In this document: positions 9,295 through 18,196 of the stretch, piece after piece | Layout: every line of letters starts with the position of its first letter | Position numbering within the stretch: position 1 is the first letter of the stretch | Source: an uncultured Actinomycetes bacterium | Lineage (GTDB): Bacteria; Actinomycetota; Actinomycetes; Nanopelagicales; Nanopelagicaceae | Assembly: GCA_903838295.1 (NCBI GenBank) | Contig: CAILXX010000007.1 | Span: 489 to 64,488, forward strand | Direction of reading: 5' to 3' | Length of the DNA: 64,000 nt | Position numbers and translations under genes: made by a program | The notes under the pieces: generated by a model | What the model saw: only the letters and a program-made list of their open reading frames with translations | Told to the model about the DNA's origin: nothing | Databases searched by the model: none

Positions 9295-9939
9295 ATGCGC
9301 CTAGACCATGTCTCCTACGTAACCAGTCACGATCAGCTTTCTGACACTGTTCAACGCTTGGGAGCCAAGCTTGGGACATCCTTTGTTGATGGTGGAATTC
9401 ACCCACGCTTTGGGACTCGTAACTTTACGGCGCCTCTAAAAAATAATCGTTACATCGAAATTGTTTGCCCACTTGACCACCCTGCAACCGAAGGTACTCC
9501 TTGGGGTAAAGCAGTTTCTAAAAAAGCGAATGAAGGTGGCGGTTGGCTCACTTGGGTTTTCTCAACAGAGGATCTTGCGCCAATTGAATCAAAATTTGGT
9601 CGCAGCGCTTTAGAGGGGCACCGTACTCGCCCAGATGGAACCGATCTTAAGTGGAAGCAAATTGGCGTTATTGAGATTGCAGAGCAACCAGAACTTCCTT
9701 TCTTCATCCAATGGCTAACCAAGGATCATCCTTCGCAAGAAGGTAAGGCAGTTGCAGCGATCAGCAAGATCGAATTGTCATCAGTTGGTAATTTAGATAA
9801 TTCTTATTTCAAGAGCGAAATAATTGATGGGCTTCAAGACGTGATCATCGAATGGGTCGAACCCTCAGCAAATGATGGCGAAACTGGAATTGTTGCAATT
9901 TATATCAAGACCGATAAAGGTGAAATACGAGTCGACTAG
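9295..9939 (+). CDS. Glyoxalase-like (VOC superfamily) domain protein
   Basis: N-terminus MRLDHVSYVT... and length fit the Glyoxalase_3-type VOC fold. Assigned by weak family resemblance only. Confidence 0.65.
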   Translation: MRLDHVSYVTSHDQLSDTVQRLGAKLGTSFVDGGIHPRFGTRNFTAPLKNNRYIEIVCPLDHPATEGTPWGKAVSKKANEGGGWLTWVFSTEDLAPIESKFGRSALEGHRTRPDGTDLKWKQIGVIEIAEQPELPFFIQWLTKDHPSQEGKAVAAISKIELSSVGNLDNSYFKSEIIDGLQDVIIEWVEPSANDGETGIVAIYIKTDKGEIRVD

Positions 9940-9963
9940 GTTTGACTCAAACTTTAGATCAAC

Positions 9964-10038
9964 GCCTCGGTGGCTCAGTGGTAGAGCAGCCCACTCGTAA
10001 TGGGCAGGTCGCCGGTTCAATCCCGGCCCGAGGCTCCA
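9964..10038 (+). tRNA. tRNA-Thr (anticodon CGU), CCA encoded
   Basis: Hand-folded cloverleaf. Acceptor GCCTCGG/CCGAGGC, D arm GCTC-AGTGGTA-GAGC, anticodon arm GCCCA-CTCGTAA-TGGGC, variable loop AGGTC, T arm GCCGG-TTCAATC-CCGGC, discriminator T, then CCA. Confidence 0.95.
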
Positions 10039-10045
10039 TTTTTAT

Positions 10046-12850
10046 TTAACGAGCAAGTGCATCTAATCGCGTAAGAATATGCTCGTAGTCATGACCGGTA
10101 GCCCGTGACATCCCAATTTCACAGGTGCGATTACAGGAAACGTAGGCGTCAAATACTTCCGAATTAACCGCATCTGATTCTCGAGCTGTTGCACTCTTGG
10201 TGAGTTCGGGATGCAACATTCCGCGATCACCGGCAAAGCCACAGCACCCCCAGTCATCAGGAATAGTGACTTTATGGGAGATGGCATTAGCCAGGGTGTT
10301 TAAGTGGATGTTGGTATTGAGCGCGGTGCTAGAACATGTTGGGTGCAGAACAATCGAATCTAGACGATGGTGCAGGTTCAACTTAGGCAGGACATTCATC
10401 GCGGTGTATTCGACAGCATCGATCACTTTAACTCCGTTGTCACCAAGTAACTGGATCAATCCTTCTGTGCAGGAGGAATGGTCAGAGATGATTGGCAATG
10501 CCCCATTATTGGATGCCTTGAGAAGCGCGTTGACTGTCTGTTGCTGCATATGTTTGTAGCCCAATGCCATTCCTTTTGATTTAAACGGGGTACCACAACA
10601 CAAATTATTAATAGATTCTGGAATTACGCAATTAATTCCAGCTTTCTTTATAAGTGACAAAAAGCTCTGTGATTCACTTGCAAACATAGAGGTGGTACAT
10701 GATTGAAAATATACAAAATTTACTAAATTTCCATTGTCAGGAACAGTAGTTGTGATTGATTTCTTGAACCTGGGCTGACCACCACGTGGTAAATCAGGAC
10801 TCCACAATGGAACCAGATCTTCTCCAAGAGTTCTGCGAGCATATTTATTGAGAGGCGAGATCATTCCTACAGGTGGAAGGCTCGCTAAAGTTAAAAGTTT
10901 AGAGATACCTCTCGTCGCCAAACCCCAATTACGGGCAAGCATAAACCACAATAATTGTTGGAATTTCGTCGCAGTATTTTGACGCAACCCTTTGACCAGA
11001 TCACCAGTATTAATAGCGAGCGGACAAGTAGTCGCGCACATACCGTCGGCCGCACAGGTATCAATAGATTGATATTGCTGCGCCACATTCAATTCGCGAA
11101 TCAAAGTTTTGTTATTGTTGTGTGTGGCGGTTGCAATAGCTCTGCGGATGACGATTCGCTGACGAGGAGTAGTGGTCAAATCTTTGCTCGGACAGACAGG
11201 TTCGCAGTAACCGCATTCGACGCAAGTATCGATCGAATCTTCGATTTGAGGATTGGCCTTGATATTCTTCATGTGGGCCAAAGGATCTTCTGAGACCAAG
11301 ACGCCAGGGCTAAGTATTCCGGCAGGATCAAAGATCCGTTTGATATCTTGCATCATCGTGTAAAGCGCTTCGCCGTATTGGCGGCGTACAAATGGTGCCA
11401 TCATGCGGCCTGTCCCGTGTTCGGCCTTAAGAGAACCACCTGCTTGTAGTACAAGGTCGACCATCTCTTCTGTAAATGCCTTGTAGCGAGTAGCAGATAC
11501 TGCATCAGTAAAATCTTCTGTCAGCATGAAATGGATATTTCCATCTTTGGCATGACCAAAAATGACGGCATCGTCGTAGCGGTGCTTTAGAAATAATTTT
11601 TGAAGCGCAGTGCAAGTATCAGAAAGCTGTGGAACCGGTACTGAAACATCTTCTAGCAGGGCTGTTGTGCCAGATCTCCTGGCACCTGCCACAGTGGCAT
11701 ACAAGCCTTTGCGAAGGTGCCACAGTGATTCACGTGTGGCTACATCTTGTGTCAGAGTTGGCTCATTTATAACCGCAAGAGCGCCAAATACCTTGGTGGC
11801 TTGGATATTTAAATCCTGCAATTGCATTTCTGTACCCGCCTGGTATTCAACAATTAGCGCAGCGTGATCTTTTATGAGCAAAGGCAATTTATCGTTATCA
11901 ACCAAGAAGCGCGCGCCATCGGGAACTTTTTGTATGACTTTAAGTGAAAGCGCATCCATAAGTTCGATCGTGGCTGGACCAGTTTCCACTAGCTGAGGCA
12001 GCGTATCTGTAGCGGACTTTAGATCTTTGAAAATCAAAAGTGCTGTGGTTGCATGCTTATATAAAGGGACAGTTTCAAAAGTTGCTTCTGCAATAAATCC
12101 CAAAGTGCCTTCGCTGCCAACCATCAGGTGCAAGAAAGCAGGAAGTGCTGTGTGAAAATCAGTTAATGAATTGAGACCGTATCCCATGGTGTTTTTAATT
12201 TTGTATTGAGCAGCTATCTGATCACGCAGCTCTGGGTGCTCAGAAATTTGTTGGATAAGACTGGTTATTAAATTCCAAATTTCTGGTGCTTGCGAATGTA
12301 AAATATGAGCAGCATCATCATGATTGGTATCAACGATCACTCCGTTAGGCAGAACAATAATTGCGGAATGAAGCGTCTGATATGCATTTTGTGTAATGCC
12401 GCAAGCCATACCGCTGGAATTATTAGCAATCACTCCACCAATGGTGCACGCGACTTCGCTGGCAGGATCTGGTCCTAATTTGCGCCCGAATCGCGCAAGC
12501 CTGGCGTTAACTTGCCTAACAGTTGCCCCGGGTTGAACGCGGACTTGTGCGCCATTGTTAAGAACGGTGATTTCGCGAAAATTACGGCGGGTATCGACTA
12601 GCAATCCATCACTGACTGATTGCCCGGAAAGACTCGTTCCACCAGAACGAAAAGTGAGGTGTTCGTGATGTTTTGTTGCATACCTAAATATTGCTGCCAT
12701 TTCGTGCGCATCGTTGGGGTACAGGACGGCGTTGGGAAGCAACGCATAATGAGAAGCGTCAACCGATGTTGCGATACGAGTGAAAGTATCAATAGCCACG
12801 GCGCCAGCCCTGGGAAGAACCTGTAGCAGCTCTTCGGAATCTAATGGCAT
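10046..12850 (-). CDS. Fused FAD-binding oxidase / 4Fe-4S / CCG-domain dehydrogenase (GlcD-GlcF-type, D-lactate/glycolate-oxidase-like)
   Basis: An N-terminal FAD_binding_4-like region, then two ferredoxin Cys clusters (CVECGYCEPVCP, CAADGMCATTCP), then C-terminal CCG-type Cys-rich repeats. I prefer the ATG at 12850 (MPLDSEELLQVLP...) to the listed 12916 start. Confidence 0.85.
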   Translation of the reverse strand: MPLDSEELLQVLPRAGAVAIDTFTRIATSVDASHYALLPNAVLYPNDAHEMAAIFRYATKHHEHLTFRSGGTSLSGQSVSDGLLVDTRRNFREITVLNNGAQVRVQPGATVRQVNARLARFGRKLGPDPASEVACTIGGVIANNSSGMACGITQNAYQTLHSAIIVLPNGVIVDTNHDDAAHILHSQAPEIWNLITSLIQQISEHPELRDQIAAQYKIKNTMGYGLNSLTDFHTALPAFLHLMVGSEGTLGFIAEATFETVPLYKHATTALLIFKDLKSATDTLPQLVETGPATIELMDALSLKVIQKVPDGARFLVDNDKLPLLIKDHAALIVEYQAGTEMQLQDLNIQATKVFGALAVINEPTLTQDVATRESLWHLRKGLYATVAGARRSGTTALLEDVSVPVPQLSDTCTALQKLFLKHRYDDAVIFGHAKDGNIHFMLTEDFTDAVSATRYKAFTEEMVDLVLQAGGSLKAEHGTGRMMAPFVRRQYGEALYTMMQDIKRIFDPAGILSPGVLVSEDPLAHMKNIKANPQIEDSIDTCVECGYCEPVCPSKDLTTTPRQRIVIRRAIATATHNNNKTLIRELNVAQQYQSIDTCAADGMCATTCPLAINTGDLVKGLRQNTATKFQQLLWFMLARNWGLATRGISKLLTLASLPPVGMISPLNKYARRTLGEDLVPLWSPDLPRGGQPRFKKSITTTVPDNGNLVNFVYFQSCTTSMFASESQSFLSLIKKAGINCVIPESINNLCCGTPFKSKGMALGYKHMQQQTVNALLKASNNGALPIISDHSSCTEGLIQLLGDNGVKVIDAVEYTAMNVLPKLNLHHRLDSIVLHPTCSSTALNTNIHLNTLANAISHKVTIPDDWGCCGFAGDRGMLHPELTKSATARESDAVNSEVFDAYVSCNRTCEIGMSRATGHDYEHILTRLDALAR

Positions 12851-12934
12851 CTGCAAATAGTGGCATAAATTGAGCTTTATGTACCTGCATTCGCAGGGGG
12901 TACTCTTACAGCACACAGTAAATAGGAGCCCCGC

Positions 12935-14671
12935 TTGCTAACTCAGATTTTGAAGACCTATCTTCGCCCATATAAGAAGCAGGTATATCTGATCATCCTG
13001 ATGCTGCTTATTCAGGCGATCGCTAGCTTGTACTTGCCCAATTTAAACGCAGATTTGATCAACAACGGCGTCGCCAAGGGAAATATTAGTTATATCTGGC
13101 ATATCGGCGAGATTATGTTGGGCTCCAGCGCGCTGGTCATGGGCGCATCTGTCCTATTAGCTTTCTTAGCAGCGCGAGTTGCAATGGCTTTTGGCCGCGA
13201 TTTACGCGGCGCGGTTTTTACTGCAGTAGAAGGTTTTTCTGCGCGCGAGCTAAATAAATTTGGCGCACCATCTCTGATTACTCGTAATACCAACGATGTG
13301 CAGCAAGTACAGCTGGTTTTGTTCATGGGATTTACGATGATGATCGGCGCACCTATTACCGGATTCGGCGCGATTATTATGGCGCTCCGTTCGAACCTTC
13401 GACTTTCAAGTCTTTTGCTAGTTGCAATTCCCGTGATGGCAGTGCTGATTATCTTCTTGCTTCGCAGAATAGTTCCGGCCTTTAGAGATATGCAGATTAA
13501 GATTGATCGAATCAATTTGGTTTTACGCGAGCAGATTGCCGGAGTCAGAGTTATCCGTGCCTTTGTTAAGACGCGGCAAGAAGAAGAACGATTTGCTCAA
13601 GCTTCTGGCGACTTGATGCAGACTCAATTATTAGTCACGCGCACTTTTGCAATTATGTTCCCAGCTCTATCGATGATTTTAAACTTATCGTCGGTTGCGG
13701 TCATTTGGTTTGGAGCAAAACTTATTAATTCAGGTAATCTGCAGATTGGCAATATGACGGCATTTCTTTCGTACATAATGCTGATATTGAGCAGCGTAAT
13801 GATGGCAGTTTTTATGTCATTGCAGATTCCCCGTGCTGCTGCTTGTGCCGAACGAATTCAAGAGGTGTTGAATACAAAGTCTTCAGTTGTGGATACTTTG
13901 ACACCGATTACTCCTGATGCACATACGGGTTTGGTGGAATTTAAAGATGCAGAATTCCGCTATCCAGGTGCCGAACATCCGATTCTTTCAGGTATATCTT
14001 TCACGGCTCGGCCAGGACAATTTACGGCGATCATCGGTTCGACAGGTTCGGGAAAGACGACCCTACTTAATTTGATTCCACGATTTATTGATGTGACCAA
14101 AGGAGCCGTCTTGATTGACGGCGTTGATGTTAGGGAGCAATCCCTTGAAGGCATCTGGTCAGATATTGGATTGGTGCCGCAGCGCTCATTTCTCTTCGGC
14201 GGGAGCGTTGCGCAGAATCTTAGGTTTGCTAAAGCAGATGCCACAGAAGCAGAGATGTGGGCGGCGCTAGAGATTGCACAGGCTCGCAATTTTGTCGAAG
14301 AGTTGCCAGATAAATTGGAGTCACGTGTAGCTCAGGGTGGAACCAACTTCTCTGGTGGTCAACGTCAACGCCTGTCTATTGCGCGTGCATTGGTGAAGAA
14401 GCCACAAATCCTGATCTTTGATGATTCTTTTAGTGCACTTGATTACACAACAGACTCCAAATTGAGGACCGCTTTGCATTCCGAAGTTGCCCACACAACC
14501 ATGATTGTGGTGGCCCAACGTGTATCAACTATTTTGAGTGCAGATCAGATCATTGTCTTGGACGAAGGTAAGATTGTTGGAATCGGTAATCATGCGGATT
14601 TAATGAAGCAGAGCAGTACCTATCAAGAAATTGTGTTGTCGCAATTAAGTCCAGAAGAGGCGGCATCATGA
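12935..14671 (+). CDS. ABC exporter, fused permease/ATPase (heterodimer partner 1)
   Basis: Six-TM region, then Walker A GSTGSGKTT, signature FSGGQRQR and Walker B ILIFDDSFS. AGGAG lies 7 nt before the TTG start. Confidence 0.9.
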   Translation: MLTQILKTYLRPYKKQVYLIILMLLIQAIASLYLPNLNADLINNGVAKGNISYIWHIGEIMLGSSALVMGASVLLAFLAARVAMAFGRDLRGAVFTAVEGFSARELNKFGAPSLITRNTNDVQQVQLVLFMGFTMMIGAPITGFGAIIMALRSNLRLSSLLLVAIPVMAVLIIFLLRRIVPAFRDMQIKIDRINLVLREQIAGVRVIRAFVKTRQEEERFAQASGDLMQTQLLVTRTFAIMFPALSMILNLSSVAVIWFGAKLINSGNLQIGNMTAFLSYIMLILSSVMMAVFMSLQIPRAAACAERIQEVLNTKSSVVDTLTPITPDAHTGLVEFKDAEFRYPGAEHPILSGISFTARPGQFTAIIGSTGSGKTTLLNLIPRFIDVTKGAVLIDGVDVREQSLEGIWSDIGLVPQRSFLFGGSVAQNLRFAKADATEAEMWAALEIAQARNFVEELPDKLESRVAQGGTNFSGGQRQRLSIARALVKKPQILIFDDSFSALDYTTDSKLRTALHSEVAHTTMIVVAQRVSTILSADQIIVLDEGKIVGIGNHADLMKQSSTYQEIVLSQLSPEEAAS

Positions 14672-16629
14672 GCATGCAGCGTCCGGCGCAAGCGCCTACG
14701 ACCGCGGCGCGTCCAGGTGGTGGACCAATGGCGGGCATGATGGGTGCTCCACCTCAGAAATCTAAAGATTTTAAGGGTTCGCTAAAAAGACTTCTTCGTG
14801 AAGTCGGGGCCGAACGTAAGAGTTTGTATGCCGTGTTTATCCTTATTACATCTGCCGTAACAATTGGTTCATTTGGTCCAAAAATCCTAGGTCATGCAAC
14901 CAATGATATTTTTACGGGGTTCTTAGGGCACAAGATGCCAGCGGGGCTTACCAAAGATCAAGTAGTGGCCGGATTGCGTGCTAAAGGTGAAAATACTTTG
15001 GCGGACGTTGTTAATAAGAGTGGTGTCATACCTGGTAAGGGAATGGACTTTACCGCTATCGCACATTGGATCTCTTTGGCTATCGGCTTGTACATAATCT
15101 CTTCGTTCTTCTTATGGCTTCAGCAATACTTAATGGCTGGCGTGACCCAGAAGACCGTCTTCCGGTTGCGTCGATTAGCCGAAGAGAAGATTGGGCGCCT
15201 GCCACTTAGCTATTTTGATGGGACTTCTCGTGGAGACCTTCTGTCGCGTGTAACCAATGACGTTGACAACATTTCTACATCGATGCAGCAAGGTCTGTCT
15301 CAGATTCTGAACTCTGTGCTGACAGTTGTTTCTGTGCTGATCATGATGGTCTGGATTAGTCCATTATTGGCGGTTGTCTCTTTGATCGCGATTCCCTTGT
15401 CTATGTTCGCGTCGATCAGAATCGCCAAGGCATCCCAAAAACAATTTATTGCGCAATGGGACTGGACCGGCAAATTAAATGGCCATGTCGAAGAAATGCA
15501 CACCGGTGCGGCTTTGGTCAAGGTATTTGGCCGTCGCAGGCAAGCGATTACTGACTTTGGGGATTTAAATGAAAATCTCAATAAGTCATCCTTTAATGCT
15601 CAATTTATGTCGGGCATCATCATGCCGACAACAACTTTTATTTCTAATCTGATATACGTTGGAATTTCGGTACTTGGTGGATACCGGGTCGCAACAGGTT
15701 CGATGTCGCTGGGGGATGTGCAGGCTTTCATTCAGTATTCACGACAATTTGGAATGCCACTGGCGCAGATTGCTGGTTTAATGAACGTTGTTCAGTCTGG
15801 GGTCGCATCTGCTGAACGTCTCTTTGAATTATTGGATGCTTCAGAAGAATCACAAGATAAAACAGATGCGATCGTCATGGAGCGTGCCAGTGGTGCAATC
15901 GCATTCAAGGATGTTTCATTCAGGTATAAAGAAGATCAACCTCTGATTGAACACTTTAATCTCGATGTAAAACCTGGACAGACGATTGCCATTGTCGGAC
16001 CAACTGGCGCGGGCAAGACAACATTGGTTAATTTGATCATGCGCTTTTACGAAATCCAAGGTGGCAGCATTACGTTGGACGGAGTCGATACTCGAAATCT
16101 GACAAGAGATGATTTACGCAAACAATTTGGTATGGTCCTGCAAGAGACCTGGTTGTTCAGCGGAAGCATGCGAGAAAATATTGCATTTGGTACTTCGGAT
16201 CCAACTCACGACAAGGTTGTAGCCGCTGCAAAGGCGGCAAATATCGATCACTTCCTGCGCGGTTTGCCAGATGGTTATGACTCTCTGTTGACCGATGACA
16301 ATGCCACGGTCTCTAACGGAGAACGGCAGCTGCTCACCATCGCGCGGGCCTTTATGGCCGACCCAGCGATCCTTATCCTTGACGAAGCGACCTCTTCGGT
16401 GGACACCAGAACTGAAGTCTTGGTTCAGCAGGCGATGGCAAAGCTGCGAAGCGGCCGTACTTCATTTGTTATTGCTCATCGGCTATCGACGATTCGAGAT
16501 GCCGACGTGATCCTGGTTATGGACAAGGGTTCGCTGGTAGAACAAGGCGGGCACGAAGAATTGATGGCAAATAAAGGGTTTTATTTTGACTTGTATGCCA
16601 GCCAATTTGCTTCTGCTTTGGAAGGCTAA
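14668..16629 (+). CDS. ABC exporter, fused permease/ATPase (heterodimer partner 2)
   Basis: 4-nt overlap with the upstream gene. TM region, then GPTGAGKTT, SNGERQLL and ILILDEATS. Confidence 0.9.
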   Translation: MSMQRPAQAPTTAARPGGGPMAGMMGAPPQKSKDFKGSLKRLLREVGAERKSLYAVFILITSAVTIGSFGPKILGHATNDIFTGFLGHKMPAGLTKDQVVAGLRAKGENTLADVVNKSGVIPGKGMDFTAIAHWISLAIGLYIISSFFLWLQQYLMAGVTQKTVFRLRRLAEEKIGRLPLSYFDGTSRGDLLSRVTNDVDNISTSMQQGLSQILNSVLTVVSVLIMMVWISPLLAVVSLIAIPLSMFASIRIAKASQKQFIAQWDWTGKLNGHVEEMHTGAALVKVFGRRRQAITDFGDLNENLNKSSFNAQFMSGIIMPTTTFISNLIYVGISVLGGYRVATGSMSLGDVQAFIQYSRQFGMPLAQIAGLMNVVQSGVASAERLFELLDASEESQDKTDAIVMERASGAIAFKDVSFRYKEDQPLIEHFNLDVKPGQTIAIVGPTGAGKTTLVNLIMRFYEIQGGSITLDGVDTRNLTRDDLRKQFGMVLQETWLFSGSMRENIAFGTSDPTHDKVVAAAKAANIDHFLRGLPDGYDSLLTDDNATVSNGERQLLTIARAFMADPAILILDEATSSVDTRTEVLVQQAMAKLRSGRTSFVIAHRLSTIRDADVILVMDKGSLVEQGGHEELMANKGFYFDLYASQFASALEG

Positions 16630-16695
16630 GGGGTACGATTTCGTCGTCTCTGTTCGCCGCATCAATGGATGCCCTCTCAATCCGGAGGTCCTTGT

Positions 16696-18129
16696 ATGGC
16701 TAAATCCTCTTCGCATGAACACAAACTTGCCCCAAATGTTTTGGGATTATTCGAGTCTGCTGTCATGGGTGTTGCTGGATCAGCTCCCGCTTACTCAATC
16801 GCCGCAACAACGGCCGGCTTAGTTGCCGCTGTTGGTCTAGCCGGACCAGCCTCGTTGCTGTATTGCGGAATCGCAATGTTTGGAATTGTCTTTGCATTTA
16901 ATTATTTAGGTCGTACCGAATCAAATGCTGGCGCAACATATGCATGGGTCCGTCGTGGGCTCCATCCAGCACTTGGTTATATTGCCGGCTGGTCATTAAT
17001 TATGTGTTCTTCGATCTTCATGGTCGCTGCCACACTTCCAGCGGGCTCCTCATTCCTAGGACTCTTTTCGGACAAGCTGTCCAATAGCAAGGGTTGGGTA
17101 ACCCTTTTTGGAACAGTCTTCTTCTTGCTCATGGTCGCCGCTGTTGCTTTCGGTGTAACCATCACTGCTCGAGTACAGGTAATCATGTCTGGTATCGAAG
17201 TCGGCCTCTTACTTCTCTTTGGATTGCTCGCAATTTTCCATGGACATCCTGTGCACCCATTTAGTTGGCATTGGTTTGCTTGGACCAATCCATTTGGATC
17301 ACATTCCGCATTTTTCGCCGGCGCGCTCTTAGCAGCTTTCTATTATTGGGGCTGGGATGTAACCGCTAACTTAAACGAAGAGACCAAGGGATCTCGTAAG
17401 ACTCCTGGACGCGGCGCAATCATCGGTATGTTGATTACCTTTGCGCTATTCGAAGTCTTCACTGTGGGTTCGAATATGGTCTTGACTTCTAAGCAAGTCA
17501 GTGACAATTCCGCAAACGTACTTGGCGTACTCGGCCAAGAAGTGTGGAAGGGTAATGGTGGAAAGCTGTTGGTTGTCGCTGTACTGCTCTCTACTGTTGC
17601 GACCCTAGAAACTCAACTGATTCAGGTGACTCGCACAATGTTCTCGATGGGACGCGACGGTACATTATTCAAGAAGTTTGGAACCGTCCATCCAACGTTT
17701 AAGACCCCTATCGTCGCCACAACGACTATCACGATAGTTGGAATTGGACTCTTCGTAGGATCACAATTCATTGGCTCTATCGGGACCATCATGGGCGATG
17801 CGATTGCGGCAATTGCACTTCAGATTTCGATTTACTATGCCTTTGCTGGCTACGCGGTGGTTGTCCTTTTCCGCAAAGAGATGACGAAGAGCATTAAGAA
17901 CTTTATCCTCATGGGAGTCTGGCCATTAATTGGCGCTGTATTTATGACCATCATGTTCTTTAAGGTGATTCCTACTCTGAATAGCACCACGAAGTGGATC
18001 GGCCTAGGGACCATTGCTTTGGGCTTAATTCCAATGGCTTGGTATTGGTCTCAAGGACATGTGTACTTCAAGATGCCTACAAAGGCAGAGCGGATCGCAG
18101 TACTAGAAGAGATCGAACATAACCTCTGA
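16696..18129 (+). CDS. APC-family amino acid/polyamine permease
   Basis: Polytopic protein of ~477 aa. I prefer the ATG at 16696 (GGAGG 7 nt upstream) to the listed 16669. Confidence 0.8.
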   Translation: MAKSSSHEHKLAPNVLGLFESAVMGVAGSAPAYSIAATTAGLVAAVGLAGPASLLYCGIAMFGIVFAFNYLGRTESNAGATYAWVRRGLHPALGYIAGWSLIMCSSIFMVAATLPAGSSFLGLFSDKLSNSKGWVTLFGTVFFLLMVAAVAFGVTITARVQVIMSGIEVGLLLLFGLLAIFHGHPVHPFSWHWFAWTNPFGSHSAFFAGALLAAFYYWGWDVTANLNEETKGSRKTPGRGAIIGMLITFALFEVFTVGSNMVLTSKQVSDNSANVLGVLGQEVWKGNGGKLLVVAVLLSTVATLETQLIQVTRTMFSMGRDGTLFKKFGTVHPTFKTPIVATTTITIVGIGLFVGSQFIGSIGTIMGDAIAAIALQISIYYAFAGYAVVVLFRKEMTKSIKNFILMGVWPLIGAVFMTIMFFKVIPTLNSTTKWIGLGTIALGLIPMAWYWSQGHVYFKMPTKAERIAVLEEIEHNL

Positions 18130-18159
18130 GGAACTGTTAAGCAGCGGATAGCTCTAAAT

Positions 18160-18179
18160 CCCACACTTTGCCGTGTGGG
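18160..18179 (+). terminator. Short GC-rich hairpin after the permease gene
   Basis: cccacac-tttgcc-gtgtggg, a 7-bp stem with no U-tract. It overlaps the listed 18173 start of the next ORF, which argues for the 18197 start instead. Confidence 0.35.
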
Positions 18180-18196
18180 AGCAAGATAATGGTGGC

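Noticed and set aside
9964-10045. tRNA-Thr as an integration hotspot for a genomic island (the catabolic block lies downstream)
   Set aside because: No integrase, excisionase or transposase ORF is in the window. I found no direct repeat of the tRNA 3' end by eye. The gene next to the tRNA is an ordinary dehydrogenase ending 7 nt away.
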